Source: Candidatus Peribacter sp. UBA6535 (GTDB lineage: Bacteria > Patescibacteriota > Gracilibacteria > Peribacterales > Peribacteraceae). From it: DNA of 64,000 nucleotides. The DNA is taken from positions 4,055 to 68,054 of the forward strand of contig DJKT01000001.1 in the NCBI GenBank assembly GCA_002436205.1, written 5' to 3'. The notes under the pieces were generated by a model. It had not been told where the DNA came from and made no database searches. It saw only the letters and a list, made by a program, of their open reading frames with translations. Positions 27,550 to 35,449 of the stretch are shown here, piece after piece. The position numbers and the translations under genes are program-made. Position 1 is the stretch's first letter. Every line of letters starts with the position of its first letter.

Positions 27550-28346
27550 GCCCACTCCCAAAGCTCATCAAAGATAGGAGCAGTACTTGCAGCACATCGG
27601 TATCCTCCACGACTGTTTCCAGGTTCCAGTGGTTCCATTTTCATATTTCCACCAGCTTCTTTTATCAGTAAAAATCCTGTGGCAATGTCCCACAGTCTGA
27701 TGCCAAGAAAGAATGCGCCATCTGTTTTTCCTCGTAGTACTTCGCCCAACTCTTGTGCGGCACAACCGGTATTTTCGATAGATGCACAGTAGGGCATTGT
27801 TGCCCTGTAAATACCATCCTCTCCTTTGGTGGCTCTGCGCATTGTGTTGCAGTTAAGCACTGCATCAGTCATTCCTTTGGTATTACGCAGTTTTACAAGT
27901 TCAGTATTATAAAACGCTCCTGCACCTTTACCCCCGTGAAATCGTTGATTGAGCAGTGGCATATCCATAGAGCCTGCGAGGATCTCGCCATCTTTTTGTA
28001 CGGCGACAATTGTGCCGAAGTTTTCTCGTGCATGAATAAAGTTTAGTGTGCCGTCTAGAGGATCGATAATCCATTCATAGGGACTGTTTGGATCACCAAT
28101 ATTCTCTGCACCTTCCTCTTCGCCAATGAATCGATGGTCTGGGAAGTGCTGTTGTATCACATCGATAATGAGTTTTTGAGCTTGTCCGTCCACCTTGGTG
28201 AGATAATCTGTAGCAGATTCCTTCGTGGATATTTCCATGTCTTCTCCATCAAGTAATTGCTGATGTTGCGTTACAAGAAAAGCTGCAGCTGCATCTGTTG
28301 CTTCGATAGCAACGGATATAAGCGTATCGATTGAGACGTCACTCAT
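27534..28346 (-). CDS. Inositol monophosphatase family protein (SuhB-like)
   Basis: WIIDPLDGTLNFIH and GEEEG motifs, and a C-terminal WDIATG-like motif. Confidence 0.88.
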   Translation of the reverse strand: MSDVSIDTLISVAIEATDAAAAFLVTQHQQLLDGEDMEISTKESATDYLTKVDGQAQKLIIDVIQQHFPDHRFIGEEEGAENIGDPNSPYEWIIDPLDGTLNFIHARENFGTIVAVQKDGEILAGSMDMPLLNQRFHGGKGAGAFYNTELVKLRNTKGMTDAVLNCNTMRRATKGEDGIYRATMPYCASIENTGCAAQELGEVLRGKTDGAFFLGIRLWDIATGFLLIKEAGGNMKMEPLEPGNSRGGYRCAASTAPIFDELWEWAQTKM

Positions 28347-28489
28347 ACTGGCAAATTGTCGCTACTATCATCTTTTCCAATACGCTCGCCAATATCATCA
28401 TCAAGATCGTAGTCTCCTGTCTCTACCATTGGTTCGGCATCGACTACAGTGTCATCGTCATCGCCGTCGTCATCAAAGAAGTTACTCAT
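28343..28489 (-). CDS. Possible 48-aa highly acidic small protein
   Basis: Hand-translated as MSNFFDDDGDDDDTVVDAEPMVETGDYDLDDDIGERIGKDDSSDNLPV. Its TGA overlaps the IMPase ATG (ATGA). It falls below the ORF-track length cutoff. Confidence 0.3.
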   Translation of the reverse strand: MSNFFDDDGDDDDTVVDAEPMVETGDYDLDDDIGERIGKDDSSDNLPV

Positions 28490-28510
28490 ACGCTTAGATT
28501 AATGCATCTT

Positions 28511-29209
28511 CTAGATTGATGGCAATCGATAATCGTATAAACCGGTTCGTGACTTTTCGTATCCAGGCATTGCCCATGCGACCCACGACCAGTATTGAGG
28601 GCTGTGGTCTGCACGTTTTCTGTGAGCCAGTTCGTGGATGATGACATATTTTATAACCTCTGGACGGGTAAATAGTAGTGCGGCATTGAGCATAATAGTT
28701 CCACTTGGGCTGCAGCTACCCCATTGAGAGGAGGCAAGTTGAAGCTTAACGTCTGAGACATGGACGCCGAAGGTTTCATCATTGAGCTTCATAACTAGCT
28801 GTTCTATGCGGGGTTGCTCCTCTTTGGCAATAGTCCTCCATAGGAGTCTATGAAGCCCTTTCCGGCGCATACTAGGGCCAATCTGAACGTTCCAGCCTCG
28901 GGTAGTGCGACGGACGGAGGTCTTTTTGCCGGGCTTAAGACAGAAGCAGTATTTCTTGCCATTATCCAGTGTAATGGTGGCACTCTCTCCACTATCAAGC
29001 AGCCTTCCGAAAGGGTTGATGAGGATCTTCTCCTGCTCATCTTCTACCTGCCTGAGCATACGTTCTAATAGGTCATCTACGTGCTCTTTTTCTTCGTCTT
29101 CAGAGAGCCCCTTAGCGAGCCTAATGACGATAGTATCGTCATGAAATACAGCACGACTATGTTTGTTTTTCGTGCGTTCTACTCGATGGCGAATGGGGTT
29201 TTTTTTCAT
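28511..29209 (-). CDS. YgjP/DUF45-like (M48/SprT-like) metal-dependent hydrolase
   Basis: HELAHRKRADHSPQYW zinc motif. ORF 28511-29341 trimmed to ATG 29209, because the upstream extension only translates the heptamer arrays. Confidence 0.75.
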   Translation of the reverse strand: MKKNPIRHRVERTKNKHSRAVFHDDTIVIRLAKGLSEDEEKEHVDDLLERMLRQVEDEQEKILINPFGRLLDSGESATITLDNGKKYCFCLKPGKKTSVRRTTRGWNVQIGPSMRRKGLHRLLWRTIAKEEQPRIEQLVMKLNDETFGVHVSDVKLQLASSQWGSCSPSGTIMLNAALLFTRPEVIKYVIIHELAHRKRADHSPQYWSWVAWAMPGYEKSRTGLYDYRLPSI

Positions 29210-29252
29210 GGGGGCTGATGAGTATACACGCCTGTCAAGGCTGCGGCCTGAA

Positions 29253-29283
29253 GTGGAAAGTGGAAAGTGGAAAGTGGAAAGTT
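29253..29283. repeat. (GTGGAAA)x4 heptanucleotide tandem repeat
   Basis: Four perfect units followed by GTTG. Confidence 0.9.
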
Positions 29284-29317
29284 GCGATTCCAAATCAGTA
29301 ATATTGGCTAGTGGAAG

Positions 29318-29352
29318 CCGTTTTCCGTTTTCCGTTTTCACTTTTCCGCTTT
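29318..29352. repeat. (CCGTTTT)x3-CACTTTT-CCGCTTT array, roughly the inverted complement of 29253-29283
   Basis: 7-nt periodicity. The reverse complement reads GGAAAAC/GGAAAAG-type units. It overlaps the last codons of the upstream gene. Confidence 0.85.
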
Positions 29353-30243
29353 CTGTTGCTCAAGTTCTGTGTTCAAGGCGCGCGCATCGCGAGCCGATTT
29401 GATGCAAAATTTTACGTTGGATTGCGCTTGACGAAAGTCGTCGATCAGCGCGTCATTATTATCAACACTCAGAAGTGATTCCAATACTTCTTCCTGGGTC
29501 TCCAGACAGTCGACGGCTTCGTCTATTTTTACCACGACAGACTCTGGTAATTCGGGTCTGGTGCGTACATCATCCAGGCGGATGGCAAGGTGATTGAGCC
29601 AGGCAAGAGACCGGCTGACGCGCATCTGAGCCATCGCGAGGCGCTTGTTGGATCTGTAGACTTCTCCAATACTTTTCTTTGCTGCCTGTAGCCCCTCTTT
29701 GTCTGTATAGACTCCTTCATCAATACCCCTCATGATTGTAGAAATAGCATCGGAGAGGTTTTGACTATGGGAAATAGCACTATTGCGATATTGCTCCGTA
29801 GGCCCCGGTAGGTAGCTTACATATTGGCGCTCTCTTCGGAGTATCTCTAGCTCTGCGCTCAGCGTTGCCTTATAGCAGTTGACCGTGATGGGCATCATTG
29901 CCCCACGGTTGGCTTTGCGGATGTCTGTGCGGCACTCTAGGCGCAAATTTCGACGGTTTTCACGGCGGGTGGCAAGCTCTTCTCTAAATTCCTTATCCGT
30001 TTTTCGATAGTTCATCATGGCAGCCCAGAAGCCAAGGTTACGGGTTCTGCGATCTGCCCATTGGAGATCTTCTTCGGAAATTGAGGACTCAGAGGATGCA
30101 GAAGATTCAGAGGAGGCAGCGGGTTTGTAGCCTTCTTGGAGTCCTACTTTCGCGTCAGCACCAAAGGGTATCAGGAGTATCCCGAGTAGACTGAATACGA
30201 TGAGGATCCATGAAGAGGGGGTCACGGGGAGATAGTGTACCAC
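29338..30243 (-). CDS. Membrane-anchored helical hypothetical protein
   Basis: 301-aa ORF with an N-terminal TM (SWILIVFSLLGILLIPFG), a Ser/Glu-rich linker and a predicted helical ectodomain. It lies 8 nt downstream of the mevalonate operon's last gene. Confidence 0.6.
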   Translation of the reverse strand: MVHYLPVTPSSWILIVFSLLGILLIPFGADAKVGLQEGYKPAASSESSASSESSISEEDLQWADRRTRNLGFWAAMMNYRKTDKEFREELATRRENRRNLRLECRTDIRKANRGAMMPITVNCYKATLSAELEILRRERQYVSYLPGPTEQYRNSAISHSQNLSDAISTIMRGIDEGVYTDKEGLQAAKKSIGEVYRSNKRLAMAQMRVSRSLAWLNHLAIRLDDVRTRPELPESVVVKIDEAVDCLETQEEVLESLLSVDNNDALIDDFRQAQSNVKFCIKSARDARALNTELEQQKAEK

Positions 30244-30251
30244 ATGCCTTC

Positions 30252-31169
30252 TTACGCCTTCACGCGCTCCAAAACCAATCCTCCTAATTGACCAACAACA
30301 ATATCAACATCGTCATTGACGATCAGGTCATCAAAGAGCTCTTTGCGATCTTTGAAGAACGCAAGATCTGCCTCTGCATTCTTTAGGCGGTCTTCTATCT
30401 GTTGCTCGGTATCACGGCCACGATCCCTCAGTCTGTGGAGCAGAGCACTCAGCATTTGTCGTTTACTCTTGCCCGGAGGTAGCAGTCCACAGCTGAGGAT
30501 TGACCGCCTGCCGTAGTGGGAGGCAAGTCCCTGGAGCAGATTCATCTCGGTAATGATGACGGGGATCTTTTTCTCCTTCCAGATTTTTTCAATATCTTCG
30601 CTGCGGTATCCGTAGAGACGCTTTTCATCCCGGGAAGGTATGCTCGTGAAGGTCGCGAGCTTACCGTCATTTTTGAGCGCGAGAAATTCTTCTGGGCTCA
30701 CGTGTGTGTACTCATCCTGATCTCCCTCTTTTACTTTCCGTGTTGTGAGAATGGGAACACGTTCGCAGTTACCTACTTTAGCCGAAAGTAGCAGAGAGAC
30801 CGTAGTTTTTCCGACACCGGAAGGGCCGGTGAGGGCGAGGATGTATCCGGGGAATTCCTCTTTTACGGGTTTTTGGAGCGGGACTTCGTAGGCTATGTCG
30901 TAGGTGCGGAGACCTTGAGCGTTGACTCTGGAGAGGCGCATTTTTGGTATCACTTTCATGCCAATGGCAGTTGGCAGTTGGCAGTTGGCAATTAGCTGAG
31001 CCGTTACTCTCGATCCATCCTCTAGCTCGATCAATCCGATTACCCTTGGTTTAGTGGGGAAACCTTCCGGAGGATGACGAACGATAGTGTGTGACAAAAT
31101 TGTTCCCTCCTGCAATTTGTTCTGCAGATCTTTTTGAGCGCGGTGGTTGGCTGCCGGAGTATTACGCAT
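30252..31169 (-). CDS. Fusion protein: DUF35 acyl-CoA-associated OB-fold domain plus a divergent guanylate-kinase-like P-loop kinase domain
   Basis: ATG 31169 lies within the thiolase stop (ATGCGTAA). N-terminal: GTILSHTIVRHPPEGF..PRVIGLIELEDGSRV..IGMKV (OB-fold pattern, no zinc ribbon). C-terminal: GPSGVGKTT, TTR, RLRDRGRDTEQQIEDRL, LIVNDD (Gmk family). Confidence 0.8.
   Translation of the reverse strand: MRNTPAANHRAQKDLQNKLQEGTILSHTIVRHPPEGFPTKPRVIGLIELEDGSRVTAQLIANCQLPTAIGMKVIPKMRLSRVNAQGLRTYDIAYEVPLQKPVKEEFPGYILALTGPSGVGKTTVSLLLSAKVGNCERVPILTTRKVKEGDQDEYTHVSPEEFLALKNDGKLATFTSIPSRDEKRLYGYRSEDIEKIWKEKKIPVIITEMNLLQGLASHYGRRSILSCGLLPPGKSKRQMLSALLHRLRDRGRDTEQQIEDRLKNAEADLAFFKDRKELFDDLIVNDDVDIVVGQLGGLVLERVKA
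30967..30998. repeat. (GCAGTTG)x3-GCAATTAGCTG element inside the DUF35-kinase gene
   Basis: Matches 20786-20818 at 32 of 33 positions in the same plus-strand orientation. Read on the minus strand as QLIANCQLPTAI. Confidence 0.9.
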
Positions 31170-32268
31170 GAGAGAGAATGTGGATGCCACAGGTTGCAGC
31201 TGCACCACCGAAGTTGTGAGCAAGGCCGTGGCGAGATTTGGATTCTTTAAGTTGCTTGGAAACATCAATGACTTGTTTGATACCAGTAGCTGCAACGGGG
31301 TGGCCACAGGCTTTTAAGCCCCCACTTTGGTTTATAGTCATCTTGTTTTCTTTTTCATAAAGCGCAATACCTTCTCCAGGGTTTGCAAATCCCATATCTT
31401 CTAAAGAGATAAGTGCTGCAATAGAGAAACAGTCATGGAGCTCGATATGTCCGATATCTGTCCGATCAATTTCCGCCTCTTCAAGAGCAGCACGCATTGC
31501 ATCTTTTGTCGCTGCAAACGAAGTGATGGTAGGACGGTCTGCAATACTTAGAGTGTCTGTTGCAAGTTGTGAAGCAGCGATCCGGATAGGACTTTCGAAT
31601 TTTGTAGAAAGGATCACGCTAGCTGCCCCATCGGAAATAGGAGAGCAGTCGAGCATACAGAGTGGGTCTGCAACTTTTGCCGATGCACTGATGCTTTCTG
31701 CGGGGATCTCTTTGCAGAATTGTGCGAAGGGATTACTGACTGCATTTTTGTGATGTCTGGCACTGACATGATTTAGCCTGTCTCGACTTAAGCTATATTC
31801 ATGCATATATCTGGCAGCTATCAGTCCGAAAATTCCTGGGAAGGTGAGTCCAGAAGGTGCATCTTTTTGCGCATCTGCTGCCCCCATAAGTCCTGCGGCT
31901 ATCTTGCCTGGGGCTATATCAGTCATCTTTTCTACTCCGACAACAAGTACTGTCTGCGCCTTACCACTTTCCAGTAATGCACAGGCTGTGTGCAGAGCTA
32001 CAGCTCCTGACGCACACGCTGCCTCTGCGCGAAGTGCTGGAGGATGGTGTGGCAAGAGCGAAGCAGCCATTGCTCCAAGGTGTGCTTGATCTGAGGCAAC
32101 TTCTCCAAGCATGTTGGCAACGACGACCATATCAATATCTAGCGCAGTACATTCCGCAGACTCAATAGCGCTGTCGATAGACTCTTCCATCAGATCTTTG
32201 ATCGACATATCCCAGTGCTCGGCGAAGCGCGTTTGTCCTGTGCCTGTGAGGTAGATGGGAGTGTTCAT
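31162..32268 (-). CDS. Acetoacetyl-CoA thiolase, archaeal/SCP-x type
   Basis: 368 aa. Thiolase-like N-terminus (MNTPIYLTGTGQTRF), catalytic-Cys region EAACASGAVAL, and C-terminal NFGGAAATCGIH. Confidence 0.9.
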   Translation of the reverse strand: MNTPIYLTGTGQTRFAEHWDMSIKDLMEESIDSAIESAECTALDIDMVVVANMLGEVASDQAHLGAMAASLLPHHPPALRAEAACASGAVALHTACALLESGKAQTVLVVGVEKMTDIAPGKIAAGLMGAADAQKDAPSGLTFPGIFGLIAARYMHEYSLSRDRLNHVSARHHKNAVSNPFAQFCKEIPAESISASAKVADPLCMLDCSPISDGAASVILSTKFESPIRIAASQLATDTLSIADRPTITSFAATKDAMRAALEEAEIDRTDIGHIELHDCFSIAALISLEDMGFANPGEGIALYEKENKMTINQSGGLKACGHPVAATGIKQVIDVSKQLKESKSRHGLAHNFGGAAATCGIHILSHA

Positions 32269-33278
32269 GCAACGCGCTGGTATTCGGAGTAGTTGAGGTA
32301 CACAGTTTCTCTTGTATCAGGTTGGAGCTTTACTCCATCCTTAAGCATCGTCATCAAGAATGCATCACTTCCTGCTCCCGATCCATACGATACGAGCAGG
32401 ATACGCTGATCTTTCTTTGCTTGCTGCAATACGTGTGCAAGTCCTAGAGGGCTACAGGCTGAGTACGTGTTTCCGATAGTCTCCACTATAAATCCGTGTT
32501 CCATCTGGTCTTTACTAAAGCCAAATTCTTTTGCAATGCGTGATGGGAACTTAGCGTTTGGCATATGGAAGATCACATGATCAATTTCTTCTGGTTTGAT
32601 CTTTCCTACTTCCAGCATTCCCTTCGTCGCTTCGCGGACATGGTGGAAGTACGCGGGTTCTCCGGTAAAGCGTCCTGCGTGTTCTGGATGGTCTTTTCCA
32701 TTTGCTCTCCAGAAGTCCGGTGTGTCTGTGGTAAACGATAGCGTGTGATCAATCTTACAGAGAGCATTCTTCTCACTAGCTAGACCCATGATGAATGCAG
32801 CAGCACCTGCAGCGGCTGTATACTCCAGTGCATCTCCGGGCTTGGCTTGCGCGCAATCTGCACCTATCGCAAGGCCGTGGCTGATCTGCTTTGCGCGAAT
32901 CATACTATCGACTATCTGCAGAGATGCTGTTCCTGCTTTGCAGGCAAACTCGAGATCTGCGCAGTGACAGAACGGATCACATTCAAGCGCAGCTGCCACC
33001 ATCCCACTTGTCGGCTTTACCGCATACGGGTGACTTTCGGATCCGACAAATACTGCAGATACCTGAGAGCTTTTGATATCTGCAATTTCGATTGCTTGCT
33101 TTCCAGCTTCAAACGCCAGTGTAAATGTATCTTCTCCTTCATTTGGTACGGTTTTTTCCACCACTCCCAATCCTGCCTTTATCGACTCAGCATCTTGTTG
33201 CCACGCAGCGGCAATCTCCTCCGCTTTGATCTTATGGGAGGGTATACTTAAACCGAAACCGAGGATGGCGGATTGCAT
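32265..33278 (-). CDS. Hydroxymethylglutaryl-CoA synthase, archaeal type
   Basis: 337 aa. It has a short archaeal-type HMGCS/KAS-III-like layout (GSESHPYAVKPT, catalytic-Cys region, VSYGSGAGSDAF). ATGA overlap with the thiolase gene. Confidence 0.9.
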   Translation of the reverse strand: MQSAILGFGLSIPSHKIKAEEIAAAWQQDAESIKAGLGVVEKTVPNEGEDTFTLAFEAGKQAIEIADIKSSQVSAVFVGSESHPYAVKPTSGMVAAALECDPFCHCADLEFACKAGTASLQIVDSMIRAKQISHGLAIGADCAQAKPGDALEYTAAAGAAAFIMGLASEKNALCKIDHTLSFTTDTPDFWRANGKDHPEHAGRFTGEPAYFHHVREATKGMLEVGKIKPEEIDHVIFHMPNAKFPSRIAKEFGFSKDQMEHGFIVETIGNTYSACSPLGLAHVLQQAKKDQRILLVSYGSGAGSDAFLMTMLKDGVKLQPDTRETVYLNYSEYQRVA

Positions 33279-33314
33279 CGAGCGGTATATTAGCAGAGAT
33301 TGGGCTCTGTAAAG

Positions 33315-34472
33315 CTATCTAGCCAGCTTTTTATGACTGCTGGCAAGCTTCTGTGCAGCTTGAGCTGCAAGCAGCGATACTTCACCTGCAAGGACAGCGC
33401 CGCCTATGGATTCTGCAAGCTGCTGGACGCGACTGAGTGAAGTAGTTGGTTTAAGGAGAAGGTCTAGACACTGATGTTGTGCAGGGAGAGCAGTGCCTCC
33501 ACCGATGGTGCCAACGAGGATTGCTGGGAGGCGCACCTCGATTTCCAGTTCTCTACTTGAGAGAAGTCTACAAGAAGTATCTGCGAGCGATCCCTCTGTT
33601 ACATGTGCAGCATCTTGCCCTGTAGCAATATACAGTGCCGCAATTATATTGGCTGCATGTAAGTTTGTTCCAATGGCACCGGCAATCTTCGATCCTCGTT
33701 TTAGCTTAGCTTCGTAAACCTTCATCATTTCCTCAGGCGTTGTTTTGAGGACGTCCGAACATATGGAGAATCCAATTGAACATGTTGCCGTTACTTCGTA
33801 CCCACGACCTTTGTCGTGTGTTCTTTGCGATGGTTTTTTATCACTATCTACATTGGCGGCAATTGTGATGAGTTCGCAGTTGCCGTGCTTGGCAATCCAA
33901 TTGCCAATCTCTTGAGCAGCTATCGTTATCATATTCATTCCCATTGCCTCATTGGTATCACCGTTGATTGTTAGAAAAACATAGTCATCTGCCTCATCAA
34001 TCTCGTAATGTATTATCTGAAGATGCTTGCTCGTTGCCTGACCGATTTTCTTCCATTGGTTCTTCTTATCTTTAATGAACGCCGGAAGCCTCGATTCTTT
34101 ATCTGATACTTTGAACGCGATAGAACGACTGATACCATGATAGATTACAGAGGTCTTCACATCGGCTTTTGATAGTGCTTTGCAGCCGCGGTTCACACTC
34201 GCTACCAATGCCCCTTCGGTGGTTGCAAGAGGCAAGTGAATACTATCGGTATCACCGGAACTAAATGTCATTTTCAGTGGCCCTGCATACCCGACAGGAA
34301 TCGGCACACTTCCAAACATCTGCTCGCAGTTATTTTCTTCTGCTTGCCCTATGCGGTTAGGCTCTGTTCCGAGTAGCGAAAGATTGAGATCCAGATTATC
34401 TTGAATCTTCATTCTGCGTACAGCACAACGCTCATGAGGGGAGAGCGATTCGGGGAGATTGCGGAGGTCCAT
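33315..34472 (-). CDS. HMG-CoA reductase, class I
   Basis: TTEGALVASVNRGCKA, EAMGMNM and VGTIGGGT motifs typical of class I enzymes. An alternative GTG start lies at 34475. Confidence 0.92.
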   Translation of the reverse strand: MDLRNLPESLSPHERCAVRRMKIQDNLDLNLSLLGTEPNRIGQAEENNCEQMFGSVPIPVGYAGPLKMTFSSGDTDSIHLPLATTEGALVASVNRGCKALSKADVKTSVIYHGISRSIAFKVSDKESRLPAFIKDKKNQWKKIGQATSKHLQIIHYEIDEADDYVFLTINGDTNEAMGMNMITIAAQEIGNWIAKHGNCELITIAANVDSDKKPSQRTHDKGRGYEVTATCSIGFSICSDVLKTTPEEMMKVYEAKLKRGSKIAGAIGTNLHAANIIAALYIATGQDAAHVTEGSLADTSCRLLSSRELEIEVRLPAILVGTIGGGTALPAQHQCLDLLLKPTTSLSRVQQLAESIGGAVLAGEVSLLAAQAAQKLASSHKKLAR

Positions 34473-35449
34473 CACACTAAGTGTGCACCAGGACCTATCG
34501 AAGCTTCAAATATTTGGCAGCCTTCTTGGGTGTGGGCATACTCTGCGATTCGCTCTTTTGCTTCGTCTGTGCAGAATAAATGCACTGTAGGACCTGCATC
34601 CATCGTGTAGAGCACAGGGAGGTGTTCGGCTTTGCGGAGCGCTTTAACCTCATCCAAAATCCGATAGGTTTCATCAGAAAGATAGTTGAGTGGTGGGTCT
34701 TGCGTCTGCATACAGTGGTGCATTTCCATGCAATCTTCTTCAGCAACCTTCTGTAGTTTTTCGAAATCCTTACTGAGAATTGCATCGATACATTCCTGTT
34801 GGCGATGGCCATTGATCGCATCTACTCGCGCTGCAAAATCCGGGCTTGTCTGAGCCTGCGGATGCCCTTCGGATGATCCTACTTTCTTTTCTTCGGTACT
34901 CGGAACAATGATGATGTCATGCAAATTCCAGTGATGTTCATCTGCCACCTGCCACCCTTTGCATCCATCAATAAATTGATTTTCCTCATTACGAATAGCA
35001 CCGAAACCACCGAAGATTGATCTGGCAGCAGAGCCCGACCCAAGTCTCGCCATGATGCTTATTTGCTCATCGGTTAGATCAAAATCGACAAGACCAGAAA
35101 TGGCTTTGGCAAGAGCAGAAAATACTGCGGCAGAGGAGGCGAGTCCGATAGCGGGAGGGATGTGGGAATCGATCTTTATAGACAGGTTTGATACTTTTGT
35201 AGGCTCAATTGTTCCGAGATAACTTTCGATCAACTCAAGAGTTTTTTTAAAACGTAAGATGTTTTTTTCGGTCATCTCTTTATTGGTTGATGTGATCGAG
35301 AGAGTATCTGCATGATCGATCGTAATATCCAAACTCGGAGTGTTCAGTGTCATAGAGAGACTGTCGTTTGCACACAGGCGAAACTCGTTGTGTCTGTTTC
35401 CCCAGTATTTGATGAGGGCGATATTTGGAGTGGAGCGTGCAGTGATCAT
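34472..35449 (-). CDS. mvaD: Diphosphomevalonate decarboxylase family protein (could equally be a phosphomevalonate decarboxylase)
   Basis: NIALIKYWGNR, NDSLSMTL and GLASSAAVFSALA GHMP motifs. 325 aa. Confidence 0.9.
   Translation of the reverse strand: MITARSTPNIALIKYWGNRHNEFRLCANDSLSMTLNTPSLDITIDHADTLSITSTNKEMTEKNILRFKKTLELIESYLGTIEPTKVSNLSIKIDSHIPPAIGLASSAAVFSALAKAISGLVDFDLTDEQISIMARLGSGSAARSIFGGFGAIRNEENQFIDGCKGWQVADEHHWNLHDIIIVPSTEEKKVGSSEGHPQAQTSPDFAARVDAINGHRQQECIDAILSKDFEKLQKVAEEDCMEMHHCMQTQDPPLNYLSDETYRILDEVKALRKAEHLPVLYTMDAGPTVHLFCTDEAKERIAEYAHTQEGCQIFEASIGPGAHLV

Noticed and set aside
29210-29341. N-terminal extension of the YgjP-like ORF through the (GTGGAAA)n and (CCGTTTT)n arrays.
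   Set aside because: The extension only translates repeat DNA (FHFPLSTSGRS). The family-typical sequence starts at the Met at 29209.
29253-29352. Considered the heptamer arrays here and at the other listed loci as CRISPR arrays or minisatellite-type contingency loci of surface genes.
   Set aside because: The units are only 7 nt long with no spacers, and no cas genes are present. Most arrays flank or sit in housekeeping genes rather than surface-antigen genes.
31170-31307. N-terminal extension of the DUF35-kinase ORF (MATPLQLLVSNK...), which overlaps the thiolase gene by 146 nt.
   Set aside because: The overlap is with the well-conserved C-terminus of thiolase in another frame. ATG 31169 gives the same ATGnnTAA coupling seen elsewhere in the window (54975-54982).
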